Below, one piece after another: positions 40,697 through 53,580 of a stretch of DNA of 64,000 nucleotides. Position 1 is the stretch's first letter. Each line of letters starts with the position of its first letter. The notes under the pieces are model-generated. The model ran no database searches. It had not been told where the DNA came from and worked only from the letters and a program-made list of their open reading frames with translations. The position numbers and the translations under genes are program-made. The stretch is from Octopus vulgaris (lineage: Eukaryota): positions 59,520,001 through 59,584,000 of the forward strand of contig OX597814.1 in assembly GCA_951406725.2 (NCBI GenBank). Reading direction: 5' to 3'.

Positions 40697-42994
40697 TTAT
40701 TCTCTTTTTGATTTATCTCTAAACTCTAAAGCTATGTACATATAGTTATAATTTATATAAGTTAATTATATTATTAATGACAGAGTCGACAACATTCAAC
40801 GGGATCATAGGCTGATTTTGTTCTTCATTCAGGCTTAACACAGTGATGACCTATGGATTAGTTGGGCTACAATATAAAGCTACACTCTTGTTTCCTTGGT
40901 GTTTAGTTGAGGAAGTGCCAATCAATTGAATTACTGTCTTTTTATGTAATACAATGATATGTTTTTAAAGTTGGATGTGATGGTTAATAGTTTTTTTACA
41001 TTCCGTGATGTTTCTCCTATACAGAAATATGATTTGGTAAATGCTGCCCTATCTCCGTTCGTTTGAGTCAGATTTTTATACAACTGGAGTACGTAGGGAA
41101 TACTTATACGATTAGAACTGGATAATGACGCGATGTTATATGTATGATACCATCTGCTTTTAAAGCTGCAGTTCCTTGTAGGTTATTTCAAAGCGTATAT
41201 ATAACGTTATAATGTATTGTTATGGGTTTAAAAGAATGGATAATCATAAGTAAACTGACTGATATACTGCAAATTCTGACGCCTTTGTTTTTATATACTA
41301 TATTGCCTTGACAATCTAAAGAATAAATTATGAAAGCCAGAATTACACACAGAATAATAATTTTTCCTAGACCGGACCAGGGATTCTCGACATACGCGTT
41401 TTTTCGGGTAACCTGAAATTTTGATGAAAGAACGGGTCACGAGTAGTCTGGTATTATAATAAAAATGAACTTCAACCTTGCTTGCTTGCAATGTTACACA
41501 GCCAAACTGTTGCATAATGTGAAAATACTATATATTAGGTATCCCCTTAAATATATAAACGGAATAAAAAAAAGTTCGCGTAAATCGGACAGCTGAATCT
41601 TGAGATATTGCGGTGTTTGGGGTTATAAATACCCAAAACGGTGCATCATGACAAAATACTGTGAAAATAACTTAACCACGAGGGTGAAAAAACTCTAATC
41701 ATTCGATTAGAAACATTATGATTTTAATTTGCCAACGAGACATTACGAGTTCTTTTTACAGTAAATGGCTCTATTTTCGCTTTTCTTAAAGAATATGTTA
41801 ATCATTTAGAAATATTTTTAATTGAATATGATTTCAAAAGTGTAAGTAGATAGTACAGTAGGTATGTATATTTTAGCTTCCTTTAAAGTGTGAATATTAA
41901 CATTTAAAAAAAAAACATTTTCAAGTCACTACCATTAAAAATTTTCTTTTGAAAACTTAAAAAATATTTTAAAGTGAAAATGACTCTAAAAATACGGTAA
42001 ATAGTTCGTAAATGGTCCCGTTCGTAACCTTAGTGTGAAATATCTTTTTCCATAGGTTTTTTCTGAGTGCATTCAAGGGATCTCACCGCCAAAGATTTGG
42101 TTGCTATTTCTAGTACGCCCTGCTACCAAGAAACAACTATTTTTGATAAAGGACCCAAAAGTGTTGATACGTGGTAGAAGGATGTGCAAGAATTAGCAGC
42201 TAAATCTTTCCTTTTCTAGAGAAAGGAGCCGTTTACGCGTGATTTCTATGTCATATTGAATGCTTGCAAAATAACATGGTAATTTTTTTATAATCCCACG
42301 GAACGAAACTCCGTTATTGGGAATCTCAAAGTTACCCAGGAAACACCGAATTCCCCCACAAACCTTCCCCCTTTCTTTTTCGGAAGAAAGTGGCTTGCAC
42401 TGGATCTGGAGGTGAAATACGTTAAATGCACTCGAAAACATCTGTGGTAAAAATTATTTCACAACGAAATATAAACGGGTTCTTTATGAAATATTTACCC
42501 AAGATCGGGACATTGGATGAGAATAAAAGGATCGACGGGACTGATAAAGCAAGTACTGAGCATCTGGCGGAACAGAGTGAAAGAGACAAAACCAGGTGGC
42601 GCCATGAATCGGATACAAACGGAATAAAACCTGTTTCGCGTAAATCGGACCACGGGCTACCGAGATTCGCGGTTTTCCAGATACCTTGAAATATTGGTTA
42701 CCTAATGTCTCACGGATCGTTTCGTATCTTATAATGTTGAGAAAGTTTGTACGCTTTCTGTCATATATTTGAAGTACTAGAAACAAAAAAATGATATAGT
42801 TTTAGTTAGCGTTCTCTTCTAGTAATAACAATTTTATGATTTAGGTAATCCAGTTCTCCTACATTTAAAATTTAATATACATTTGTTCTGTCAATTTACG
42901 AAGAGTGCTAATTTGCATTAGATTCTATATCGTATTCGTGAAAATGTTTTAAAATATCGCTTCAGTTCTGTAAGTCCTTCGCTCCTGACCAGCT

Positions 42995-44308
42995 AAAGTT
43001 AAAGCAATGATTATACTCTAAAGGAAATAGTATAATCAGCATTTCAACTTGTAAAAACCAAGCTACACACAGAGAGTCAACATATTGTTGCCTAAAAAAG
43101 ACAATAATCCAATTATATTTATGCAATTTTAGATTTGTGAGTGGTTAGAACAGCGTGGCCTATGATTAGAAGATAATTCCGAAAAAGAGAGTCTCTGATG
43201 CAGAGGTCACACCTGTCAGTTGCCATTCTATTATTTACTTTACGCTGCTCATTTGTGCGATCAGCATGTCTTCTGCCGTGAACATTAGCTTCTTTCTCCC
43301 GTTTTGAAGTATCATTTTAATTTAATCCTGTCCTAGGATCCCATGATTCTGTATTGATATTGGCGGTGGTGAGGACTTCCATATACCATTTTTAGACGCA
43401 TTTGTGGCGCGATTAGGTATAGCTATTAAATTACTTCACAGATGGATATATTACGTAAAAGATATCATTTTATATGCGGCTACTGCCCATACCATGGACG
43501 TGATCCACCCAGCGTTGTCTTCACTACATGAACAAAATGGACTACACACTATGTAGCCCAGCTATAGCAGAATCGCTGCAAGGGATATTGTCATACTTGC
43601 ATTTGCTCAAAATACAGTAGGTGCATGTCACCCTAATGCACGATGACATAAGCCTCACAGAACACCTTCCTGAGGTCAATAAAAGTGGAGAAAGAGAAGA
43701 TATTTGTTCTGTTCTCAGCACTTGCTCTGAAACTGGTGAAGGAACACAGTCACAAAAGCCTCGCTATCACTGAGTAAAACCCACTGCCAGAGTCTGCAAT
43801 GGTTTTCCTGATTGCTGAAACAAAGGCTTTTTAAATGATGTACACGAGGGAGATACCTCTGTAGCTGGAGTTTTCTTGAAGCTAAATTATCAATAACCAT
43901 ACCGAACATTTGTAAAAGTGACAGCGTGCCCAGTACCTTCGTGGATATCAGACACTTATGTTTCCGTAGATGAGGTTGGCATGAATATCACTTTGGATAT
44001 ATATCTGAGTAGTACTCTGTCTAACCCTGCAGCTTATGCATTTATCTGTCTTTACTTTGAGACATAAAGTGAATGTGGCAGGTTCTCTCGTTCTGATCTA
44101 GTTCAAGTAACCTCTTGATGCCCTCGTAAGTTCCTTCAATGTTAGTATAGCGATGATCGCAATCTCCTATATATTAATCCCATTACAAAGTTAAAGCAAT
44201 GATATATACTCTAAAGGAAATAGTATAATCAGCATTTCAACTTGTAAAAACCAAGCTACACACAGAGAGTCAACATATTGTTGCCTAAAAAAGACAATAA
44301 TCCAATTA
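42995..44308. repeat. Two near-identical ~121-bp direct repeats flanking ~1.07 kb
   Basis: aaagttaaagcaatga...gacaataatccaatta occurs at 42995-43115 and 44187-44308. Confidence 0.92.
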
Positions 44309-44633
44309 GTAATGAATGTTTTTTGGCTCATTCAGCACGAAGCATATGTACGGTGTTCTCGGCGATGTGGATTCTAGAAGACAAAACTTCGATACTGAAA
44401 ACTGTTTGGTTGGAATACGTCATGTTTGCTCTACCAACACACCAGTCTTGTCTAGGTGGATATTAATAATGTCTTGATTGAATGGTAAATAAAATTTACG
44501 AAATGGAAATAGAAAAAGTGCCTCATTTACTAGTTTGGAAAACAATAACACGTAATTATGGCTTATTGTGTGTAATTACACCTAATGTATATTTGCATGA
44601 AGTGGATATACATGTGTGTTATGTATGTACGTA

Positions 44634-44710
<77 letters not shown>

Positions 44711-46692
44711 CTAAATACATGCATATACGGAAATTGCTTTCACACAGAAGTCCTGTGTAAGTATGATTTTACAGAAAGGAACACAGTCGATGTGGCAACA
44801 TAGCTTGTAGGAAAATAAATTAAAATCTATATTGTATTACAAAGGAAATTTAAGTTAAATATGTCTATTGTATATTATAATATATGCGCGTATACATACA
44901 TGCGCATAAATTTATGTTGATGTATATACATATCAACACATGTATGTGTGTGTGTGTACGTGTTTTCCTGTGATTCAGTGTGTATGTGCGAGTGTATCGC
45001 TCTGTGTGTACGCTAAAATGCCCGTGCAAGAGCATATGTATATTTCTAAGTTTAGTGGTGAAACTTTCCTTCATGCATAATTCATACAAGGCATAAAAGC
45101 ATAACTGTTTCTTTGTTTTAACATATTTTTTTCCTTCTTTTACAGTTCCTCATATTATCTTATTACTTTATTTGATGCCATATTACACTTAGAAGTATTT
45201 TTCTTTCCGAACTCTGATTCAATATATCTAGATTAAATGTCCAAACAGACATGGCTGGTCGAATATTAGATTTGGTATGTTTATATTCTATTACTTAACT
45301 TATTGACTATTGACATTTGAAAATTATGTTGGGAATGCGTGAGTATCATCAATATGAAACTTTTCTGGCATACCTTTATGTTTTATTGAATATAAAGTTT
45401 GATTGAATATATCGTTATACTAAAAGGGTCGTCTTAGAAATATCAATACATGTTTATAGTTTTTTTATATATTTGTTACTTATGAGTTACGAATAAATAC
45501 ATTACAATACCACTTTGTAGAATTATATATATAGAGAGAGTGAGGAAAATTTCGGGCTTAGGTCATTGTCTTCCGCGATCTTTACAAGCGTGTATATTTG
45601 CGTTTCAAGTAAAATATCACAAAACTGAGTTAATTTTTTTTTGTACGCTGGTTATGATTCTATTTTTCTTGATTTTGTCTTGAATCTTGTTGATAAATAA
45701 TTCTTCTACGTTTTACCAGAACCACGAACATGAATCCGTATTTTTTCTGACACTCCTTGTCCTGTTTTTCAATGCACACCAACTTTATTCGAAAACCTGG
45801 GATGCGTGCGTAATAGCAACTATCATCACCATATTGTAATACAATGTAATCACACAGGAGCATTATCAATAAAACATTGATAGAGAACAGTGAAAACTGT
45901 TGAGTGAATACAGGACTGAGGCTGACTTTCATGTCTCTGGGTTTGATGGAAGAAGAACCACTTAAGTATCGAAAATGACTCGATCAAAGTAGCTCAGGAA
46001 ATAATGATACGAGGACTTGTGTCTATGCAAAATCTTCTTATTGGTAAAATTTAAGCATGAAGTTTCAGGTATTGAATAACGAAGAATACATACGAGATCC
46101 ATAATCATCTGAGCAACATTAGAAGTATAAAAGACAACAAAACCATATTTGTATGCGAAACAAAATCTATTTAGATTTAGATTAATTGCAAACCATAAAA
46201 GAACGTTATAAAGTGAAAGATCTGAATAAATTTTGCTATGATTTTTTCCCGTTTTCGTTACCCCGAAGAAACATATGGCTTATTTGTTGAGATACATGAA
46301 TGGGTGATAATTCCAACCTTCATTTCATTCATATTGATGACGAAGTTGTATTCAATAGATGGAAAATATAATACAGCATTAATAATAGAATGTCTCAATA
46401 AAGCAATTCCTGAGTGATCACAAAAAGGAATTCACGCTTAAAATGATTTGTAAATTTATTCTGAATCCATCGAAATTACACATTACACATACAATAACTA
46501 TGAGCGAATGTTTCTGCCAGGATATGAATAGAAAACGGGTAAGATATCAGGAAATAATATCTTCCAATTCCTTCTAGTAAATGATGCTTCGGAATGAGAT
46601 TTTAAATGCCAAAAAATTTCAAAGACAAGACAGATATATAAATGAGTACTTGTATGCATATACGTATAAGTATGTGTGTTCAGATATCTCTA

Positions 46693-46723
<31 letters not shown>

Positions 46724-47239
46724 CTGCATTTTGCCACCAAGTACTACACAAACATTTTACAATGTTCTTTCCCTCACACTTTCTCCCTCCCTCCAGCTTT
46801 CAGTGACCCTCCTCTCTAACATTTATGCGAGGTCAAATCACGATATATTTCCTGGCTTTCTATTCTCTGTATATATATTTTTTCTCTTTAAGTCTCTGTA
46901 TTTCTGTCCTTTTTAATCGGTGTACCTCTTACGCTACATCTCCCTGTGTGTGTTATAGTACAATTTTCTTTCGAAGACTTATATTACTTACTCTGAATAC
47001 CCCCTACATTTCTCTTTATAGCTACATTTACTTCTCCCTAATTGTGCTTCTTTACTTCAATCTTCTTATCATCGCTACTTTCTTACCTCTTTCTCTGCCT
47101 TTTCTACCACTGATATGGTCTTGAAAATCGTTATGTGTATAGCACTTTGGGCATACACATTTACTATGACATGCATCTCGTTATATTTCCCAGATTTTTC
47201 GGCCTTCATAATCAGAAAGCTCTTTCACATTGTTTACGT

Positions 47240-47420
47240 CGTTAGCACGCCGGAAAACGTGCTCAGAGGTATTTCATCCCTTCTTGTGTTCTGTGTTCAA
47301 ATTCCACCGAAGTTGACTTTGTCCTACATCCTTTCGGGGTCAAGAAAATAAGTAACAGTTGAGCGCTGGCGTTGATGTACACGACAGATCTTTGCTTCAC
47401 AAACTTTGCCTATATTAGAA
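47240..47420 (+). mobile_element. tRNA-like SINE copy
   Basis: cgttagcacgccggaaaacgtgctcagaggtatttc...gttcaaattccaccgaagttgactttg..catcctttcggggtc. Confidence 0.75.
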
Positions 47421-48910
47421 AGAATTATCATCATCATCATCATTATTATTTTTAGCCTAGTTATTTTTGTTGATGTTGTTGTTGTTAATATTTAATCTAT
47501 TACATGCTAAATTAAGTAGCAGGGATATTGTCTTGTCTCGATGTCTGGTAACATCGAAACTCTCTCCTAAGGTTGTTGCTGAATATAGGATTGCAGATTT
47601 ATTTTATGTTGACAATACAAATCTTAATTCAAATTTCCTCAGTTGATATACTGGAAAATGCTGTAATTCTGTCGTTGTCAACATTTACTCTCTCCTGCAA
47701 AATTAGTTAAAACACATCGAATCATATCCTATATAACAAATAGTATATGAGCCAGTGACACAATTCTAAAGAAACAAAGAGAAAAATATATAATTATTAT
47801 TATGCTGATATCCGGCTGTAACATACTTCATTGATACAACGTCTGTTAAATGAACATAACTAATTGAACTGGTGACTTGAATAAAGTTTCAAGACAATTT
47901 CAACGATAGCGAACTAAGGCCATAAAAATAACTCATTTTCGTTAGTGCTGAATATAATTAATACAATTCTTTTAATTTTATTTTAATATTGTTAATTAAA
48001 ATACAGTGTAACTTTATTTCATTGATCATGGTTTCGAAAATTTTCATTTTTTCCAGATAAATAGAAGCATGTTGTTTTACGCCTGATGGTCTTTGAGATA
48101 TTTTATATTGATATGAAGGTTTGTGCCTTTGGAAATTGTCGACATTTTCAATGCAATTCTGTGCCAGTTTGGCTGTTATCTTAAGTTGTTCAACATAATC
48201 ATGAGAAAAACGGTTACTAGCTGTAGTTATATTGCAATAAAAATTGTTCCGTAATTAACATAATAATACATTTTAAGACATTTAAGGGAAGCGAAAATGC
48301 TCTATTGTACTTTTAGATTGATTATTGTTCTTTACATTCTAATATTTTACCGTTAGTCTCTTTACATGGAATTTATAGAAAGAGGCTTAGGTTATTTCTA
48401 GATCTTTCAAGATATTGTAATCCAATAAATACATTAACTAGTGCATCTGAAGCTCCTGTGAACATCTAAAATTCCATACATTTATGCATATAAAGTCCAA
48501 TATTGACAGCTTGAACCAATAAATATACAAATATTCTAATAATCACGTTTTGATGATGTGATGTTAAATAAATATCGAATTGACAGTCGGTTTTATTTTA
48601 TTGTTTCCCAGTGAAAGTGACAATTACAAGATTAATTGACAGATTTTCGCTTTTGGGAAGAATTATATATGCTACAGACTTTTCTTTCACCAGTAATCTT
48701 ATACAAAAAATACATTAAATAGAATCTTTAATAAGCTAAAGAAAGAGCCACAGAATATATTTTGGAAATTAATTTTGACAGTTAAGCTTTGGTGTTATGC
48801 AGTGCAGTATGACATTTGATGTGAGAAAATGGTAATCCTTGGAACAAAATTATTAAATGCTCTTTGATCAACATTCCCGGAAAGAATAACATCATCCAGA
48901 ATATCATAAA

Positions 48911-49817
48911 TCTCTATAATAATATGCTTGTTCGTTCACCCGTCATACTTCAGTTAGTAAGGGAGGTAGAGTGAGTGAGAGGCGTAGTAAGTGAGAGGTG
49001 GAGTAATTGGGAGAGATGAGGAGGAGTGTGACTAGAGAAGTAGAGAAAGGTGTATAATAAGGCCAGTTGCATCACGCGGTTAGTTGAAGGGGGGGCAAAG
49101 TTCGAGAGAAAAAGACGGTGAGAGAAACGAGGGAGTGAGAAATGTTAATGACGTGCCGTAGGGTGTAGAGGGAAAAATAAAGAGAAAGCGATATGCTTAG
49201 GATACAGTATTTAGCAGATGGTGAGGTTCTGGAGGTGATGGTAAAGAAAGGCAGATAGAGAGAGAGACGGAGAGGGGAGGCTGTTACATTAAGAGATAGA
49301 GAAAAAGATGGGCAGAGAAGGCAGTTACATAAAGAGAGATAGAGATAGATAGTGTTTGTATTGTCAGTAAGGAAATGAAATGAGCTTTGTTAATGAAAAT
49401 TCTATTGATGATGATGTGGTGAGGGGTTGTTGCTCGTGAAAAAAATCTTTTATTTAACCAGATCTTTAATATTATTCTTCTACCTGTTCGTTCACACTTT
49501 ACGCTTTAGTTTGTTAGAGAGGAGATGGAGTGAAGGAGAGGAAGAGGGAATGTGAGAGTGAATGAGAGAGCAGATAACCAGCCAATGCATTATGCTGTCG
49601 GTCATGTGGTTAGTGAAAGTGAGAGGGGAAGAAAAAGAGAGAAACGTTAAAGCCATGAAGAGAGGATAAAATGTTAGCAGAGGGAAATTTGAAAATCATA
49701 TAATGTATTATTATGACTTTGCAAGACAAAAATTCAAAAAATGCAAACCATCCTCTCTTTCTTAAATAGCTTCTCTTAATATTTTTCATTCTGCGGGATT
49801 TCCACGGATCCCACTAG
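48911..49817 (+). mobile_element. Non-autonomous Helitron
   Basis: A|TC 5' end (tctctataat), subterminal hairpin gggat-ttccacgg-atccc, then CTAG|T. The interior is GA-rich. Confidence 0.65.
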
Positions 49818-50106
49818 TACGATTTTAATTGCCCAATATATATTTTACTTTTAATTTGTTTTTGTCTTACGAGAGAGAATTTGGAAATATTAAATTTCTA
49901 AATCCCTCATAGAGATATGTACGGTGGTGGGGCGATAGAATGGTTGTATACTGTCAATCTAACGTGAACGTGACAGTAGGGGGTTACACCACCGCTGTTT
50001 AGCCCTAGGAAGCATCGACGCTTCCTGCTGGCTTCGACACATTTTTCCTGTGTCCTTATATACATTTACGAAGGGGAGACAAACACCCTCAGCAGCCAGG
50101 CCTGCA

Positions 50107-50153
50107 TCTAGAGACACGCATGTTTCAGGATCATTGTCCATCATCGGTCAAGA
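50107..50153 (-). ncRNA. Type I hammerhead ribozyme (CCGAUGA variant)
   Basis: Minus strand: tcttga CCGATGA t gga caatga tcc t GAAA C ATGCGT GTC tctaga. Confidence 0.75.
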
Positions 50154-50180
50154 GTAGCAGACGCCCGCCAGCTGTTGATA

Positions 50181-51826
50181 AATTTTTATTATAGGCACAA
50201 TGGCCCGAATACAGAGCGGACATATCAATACAGGTACATATAATAAAAAAAATACAAAAAGGATGGTATGACAATGAATTATTTATAATGAATTAATGAA
50301 ATGTCTTACGGGTTCCCCAAGCTCGCAGTTTCATTTAAATTACCATTGTGTTATTCAGAGCGTTCATCTGTTATGTATTCTATTCGAGTACTTCCTCCGG
50401 CTCTATAATCCCTGGCAAACTCTCGTACCGAACGTATTGCATTATGCATATACCTGTATACACTTTGCTCAGTTTCATCACTGTCTCTCTTTCCACAATC
50501 GCCGCCTTCACCTGATCATCAAACATTTTCGGATTTAATTTCACTCTGGTTAAATTTTTTATGTTTGCCAACTTCTTCTCAATTTCCTTGTCCTTCCTTG
50601 TCCTACCGCTTTCAGATTTCTTCCTTTTGGTCTATTTCCTTCCTTACATATTCTCAGCCAATCTTCCACTTTACTTTCCCATTCTTTCTCCTCCTGCCGC
50701 CTTGAAACTTCACTGGCTTTCGTTTCAGTATCTTCCTCTTCGTGCGTTCGAACCTCTATCTCGTCGGTAGTCTTCTTTTTGTTTTTTTCTTTTTTTTTGT
50801 TGTACTTTAGGTAGTGATTCCACCCGCGTTCTCTTTCTATCTTCTTTTCCTTCTGTTCTTTCCTTTTCTTCCTCCTTCACCAACTCGTCACCACTTTCCA
50901 CATTATCTGTATTCACACTTTCTTCTTCTACATCCGCCATTTGCAATTCCTCTGTCAGAGCCTCCAATGTTATCATCTCCTCTTGTACTTTTTTTGCGGA
51001 CACACATCCTTCATGTGGCCTCTAATCTTACATCTGTAGCACACTGGGGGTCTCCCCTCTACCACGACTCTGAGCCGTGTCTCGTCGGGGAACACCAACT
51101 CTTCTGGGATGTTATACATGTCTGGCATGGTTATGTGTACCAAAGCCTGTACTGCATAACCCCACCACTTTACTTCCTTTGACCTTTCTATCTTCAATAT
51201 CTCGACATTCTCCTTGCAGTTAAATATTGTTGCTGCTATAATTCTCTCCATTTTCAATTCTGGTGAAATTTTGCTGCTTCTTATTCTCACCGCTCGTTTT
51301 CCACAATAGCTAGGTAGTAGTACCCATTTTTCATTTTTCAGTATTTTCGTAGCGTTCTTCTTTGCTTCAGCTTCGTTCTCAAAATGAACTACCACCGTCG
51401 CGTACTTTCTACCTCTATTATAGAAGGTAGCTTTTTCTTCAATCTCCTGCAAACACCTCTCGATTTCCTCCACATCTGCCACTTCTATTTTCTTCGAAGC
51501 CACGCTCCACGTTCTATATGCCACAATACGCCTCTCTGCCTCCTTCACTTCGTCTTCTGGTAGTGTGACTCTCAAGCAGTCACCCTCCTTCTTGAAACTG
51601 TTGAAGTATTCCTTCAGGCTCTCCTTCTCGACGACCACTTCCTCCAACTGCAGCTCGCTCGCAGCCAGACCCTTGCCTGCCGCTCCTGCATAAGTTTGGG
51701 TTTGCATATTCAAAAAATAATTTCCACAATTCACCACGCAGTAACAGCTTCCACCAACGAACTCGAACTCAGAACCGCGACACACAATAAACGTAATCCA
51801 AAATATCCGACATAAACAGAAAAAAA
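50181..51826 (-). mobile_element. 1646-bp ORF1/gag-only retroposed element with 15-bp TSD
   Basis: cgccagctgttgata occurs at 50166-50180 and 51827-51841, while the opposite arm shows the empty site (single copy). aataaa lies at the 3' end. No RT is present. Confidence 0.85.
50380..51707 (-). pseudogene. LINE ORF1-like nucleic-acid-binding protein with CCHC zinc knuckle, frameshifted
   Basis: From ATG 51707: MQTQTYAGAAG..., an RRM-like segment, then LRVVVEGRPPVCYRCKIRGHMKDVCP. An acidic/basic tail continues in shifted frames (50725-51003, 50380-50571). Confidence 0.82.
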
Positions 51827-52218
51827 CGCCAGCTGTTGATATCTGTCCCGATTCGCAAATGTAAATATCTAATTTTCAGTGAAGTTTATTCACTGATTAC
51901 CAAAATCAGAAATATTAAATTTCTAAATCTCTCATAGAGATATGTACGGTGTGGGGCGATAGAATGGTTGTATACTGTCAATCTAACGTGAACGTGACAG
52001 TAGGGCTAAACAGCGGTGGTGTAACCCCCTACTGTCACGTTCACGTTAGATTGACAGTATACAACCATTCTATCGCCCCACCACCGTACATATCTCTATG
52101 AGAGATTTAGAAATTTAATATTTCTGATTTTGGTAATCAGTGAATAAACTTCACTGAAAATTAGATATTTACATTTGCGAATCGGGACAGATATCAACAG
52201 CTGGCGGGCGTCTGCTAC

Positions 52219-52265
52219 TCTAGACCGATGATGGACAATGATCCTGAAACATGCGCGTCTCTAGA
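52219..52265 (+). ncRNA. Type I hammerhead ribozyme (CCGAUGA variant)
   Basis: tctaga CCGATGA t gga caatga tcc t GAAA C ATGCGC GTC tctaga. 6-bp stem I and GUC triplet. Confidence 0.8.
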
Positions 52266-53249
52266 TGCAGGCCTGGCTGCTGGGGGTGTTTGTCTCCCCT
52301 TCGTAAATGTATATAAGGACACAGGAAAAGTGTGTCGAAGCCAGCAGGAAGCGTCGATGCTTCCTAGGGCTAAACAGTGGGAGTGTAACCCCCTACTGTC
52401 ATGTTCACGTTAGAGAGAGAATTTACTTTCGGTAAACTATTATTGGCGACATTTGCAGCTTCAAATCGCTATATCTCATATGAAATACATACTGAATAAA
52501 TATTCGTCCATTGTCATGTCTAGTAATAATCATTTTTTAAAATACAGTTACCTTCTTGATCAACACACACGTATACACACATGCCTATTCCCGCAATTTT
52601 TGTTTATACCGTTGCATATATAAATATAGATGTGTGTGTGTGTGTGTGTGCCTGTGTGTTTATGCGTGTGCCTGTGTGAGTGATAGTATTTGTGTGGTAA
52701 GAGTAACTTGGAACTTGTAGCAACGACGTACTCACAACTACAGACTACCTATGCGATGTACTTCACTTCTCAGTTGTCTTCATTGAATATAATATATAGT
52801 TTATGACGGGCAAGAATTGTGAAGAGTCTGGGCCTCCAGCTACGAATTGCAGGTGTAAATCTCAGTAAGGTAACTCTTCAGATAAACAGATATGGCTTTC
52901 AATAACTGTGGTAGAGTGTCTTTTTATATAAATGAGTCTTTATTCAGACATGCTCTGCCAGCAATCCGAACTATACGCCTGCTGATGTGTTGAGAGTATG
53001 CTTCAACTTATCTTATATTTGGATACGAGACGAACAATCTCAGCTTTCCATCCAAAATGAGGGATGGACTCACTAGACGTGCCTTAACATCCCAGGTTGA
53101 AAACATTTTAATTTAGATGAAGAATTTATCAACTAGCAGTTGAAATTTACTCACAAAAATGTAACATTTTACACAAATGTTACTGGTTTGCAAAGGTAAC
53201 AGCGTAGTACAATGGTATAAATTTTACATTATGGTTGGTAGTAATATTC

Positions 53250-53580
53250 CTGCTAAAATTTTCAATAGAATTTTCTATCCTCTTCAGCATAATAGTATTC
53301 CTCGCCCACTAAACACAAATACAGAAAGAAAGAGTGGTATGATGCTGCAACATTTAGATGCACTAAACCATATTTATGCCACTAGATATGTTGCGAAAGT
53401 CATCATGGAAAATATGATGGAAGCAATCAATATAACAGCTTGTGCCAAAGAATACCTTATGATTCCACAGTTTTCCTTCGCAAGAGATATTGTATTTCAG
53501 TTCAAACGCCGTATATTTCTAGTGGCGATGTCTCTTTCGATAACAATCAACAAATCTTATGCTAAAGCATGAAATACAAT
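53250..53580 (+). pseudogene. Highly decayed Helitron/PIF1 helicase fragment
   Basis: GMMLQHLD..ATRYV..MEA..LMIPQF..FQFKRRIFLVAMSLSITINKS resembles IMLLRNL..GTRL..IEA..IPRI..FKRRQFPV..AMTINKSQG. Confidence 0.7.

Larger units (their letters stand above)
49883..52412. mobile_element. Retrozyme-like family B: inverted multimer of a 364-nt unit, 12-bp TSD
   Basis: gagagagaattt at 49871-49882 and 52413-52424. Period 364 (tagggctaaacag at 52001 and 52365). The left arm is the reverse complement of the right arm, with one hammerhead per arm. Confidence 0.85.

Noticed and set aside
49883-52412. Single LTR- or TIR-type element with gag between its terminal repeats
   Set aside because: The ORF1 segment has its own 15-bp TSD and the opposite arm shows the empty site, so it is a later nested insertion.
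49959-52413. Duplicated 61-aa ORFs MMDNDPETC... (49959-50144 and 52228-52413)
   Set aside because: They start inside the hammerhead core and have no recognisable domain. The duplication simply reflects the repeat unit.
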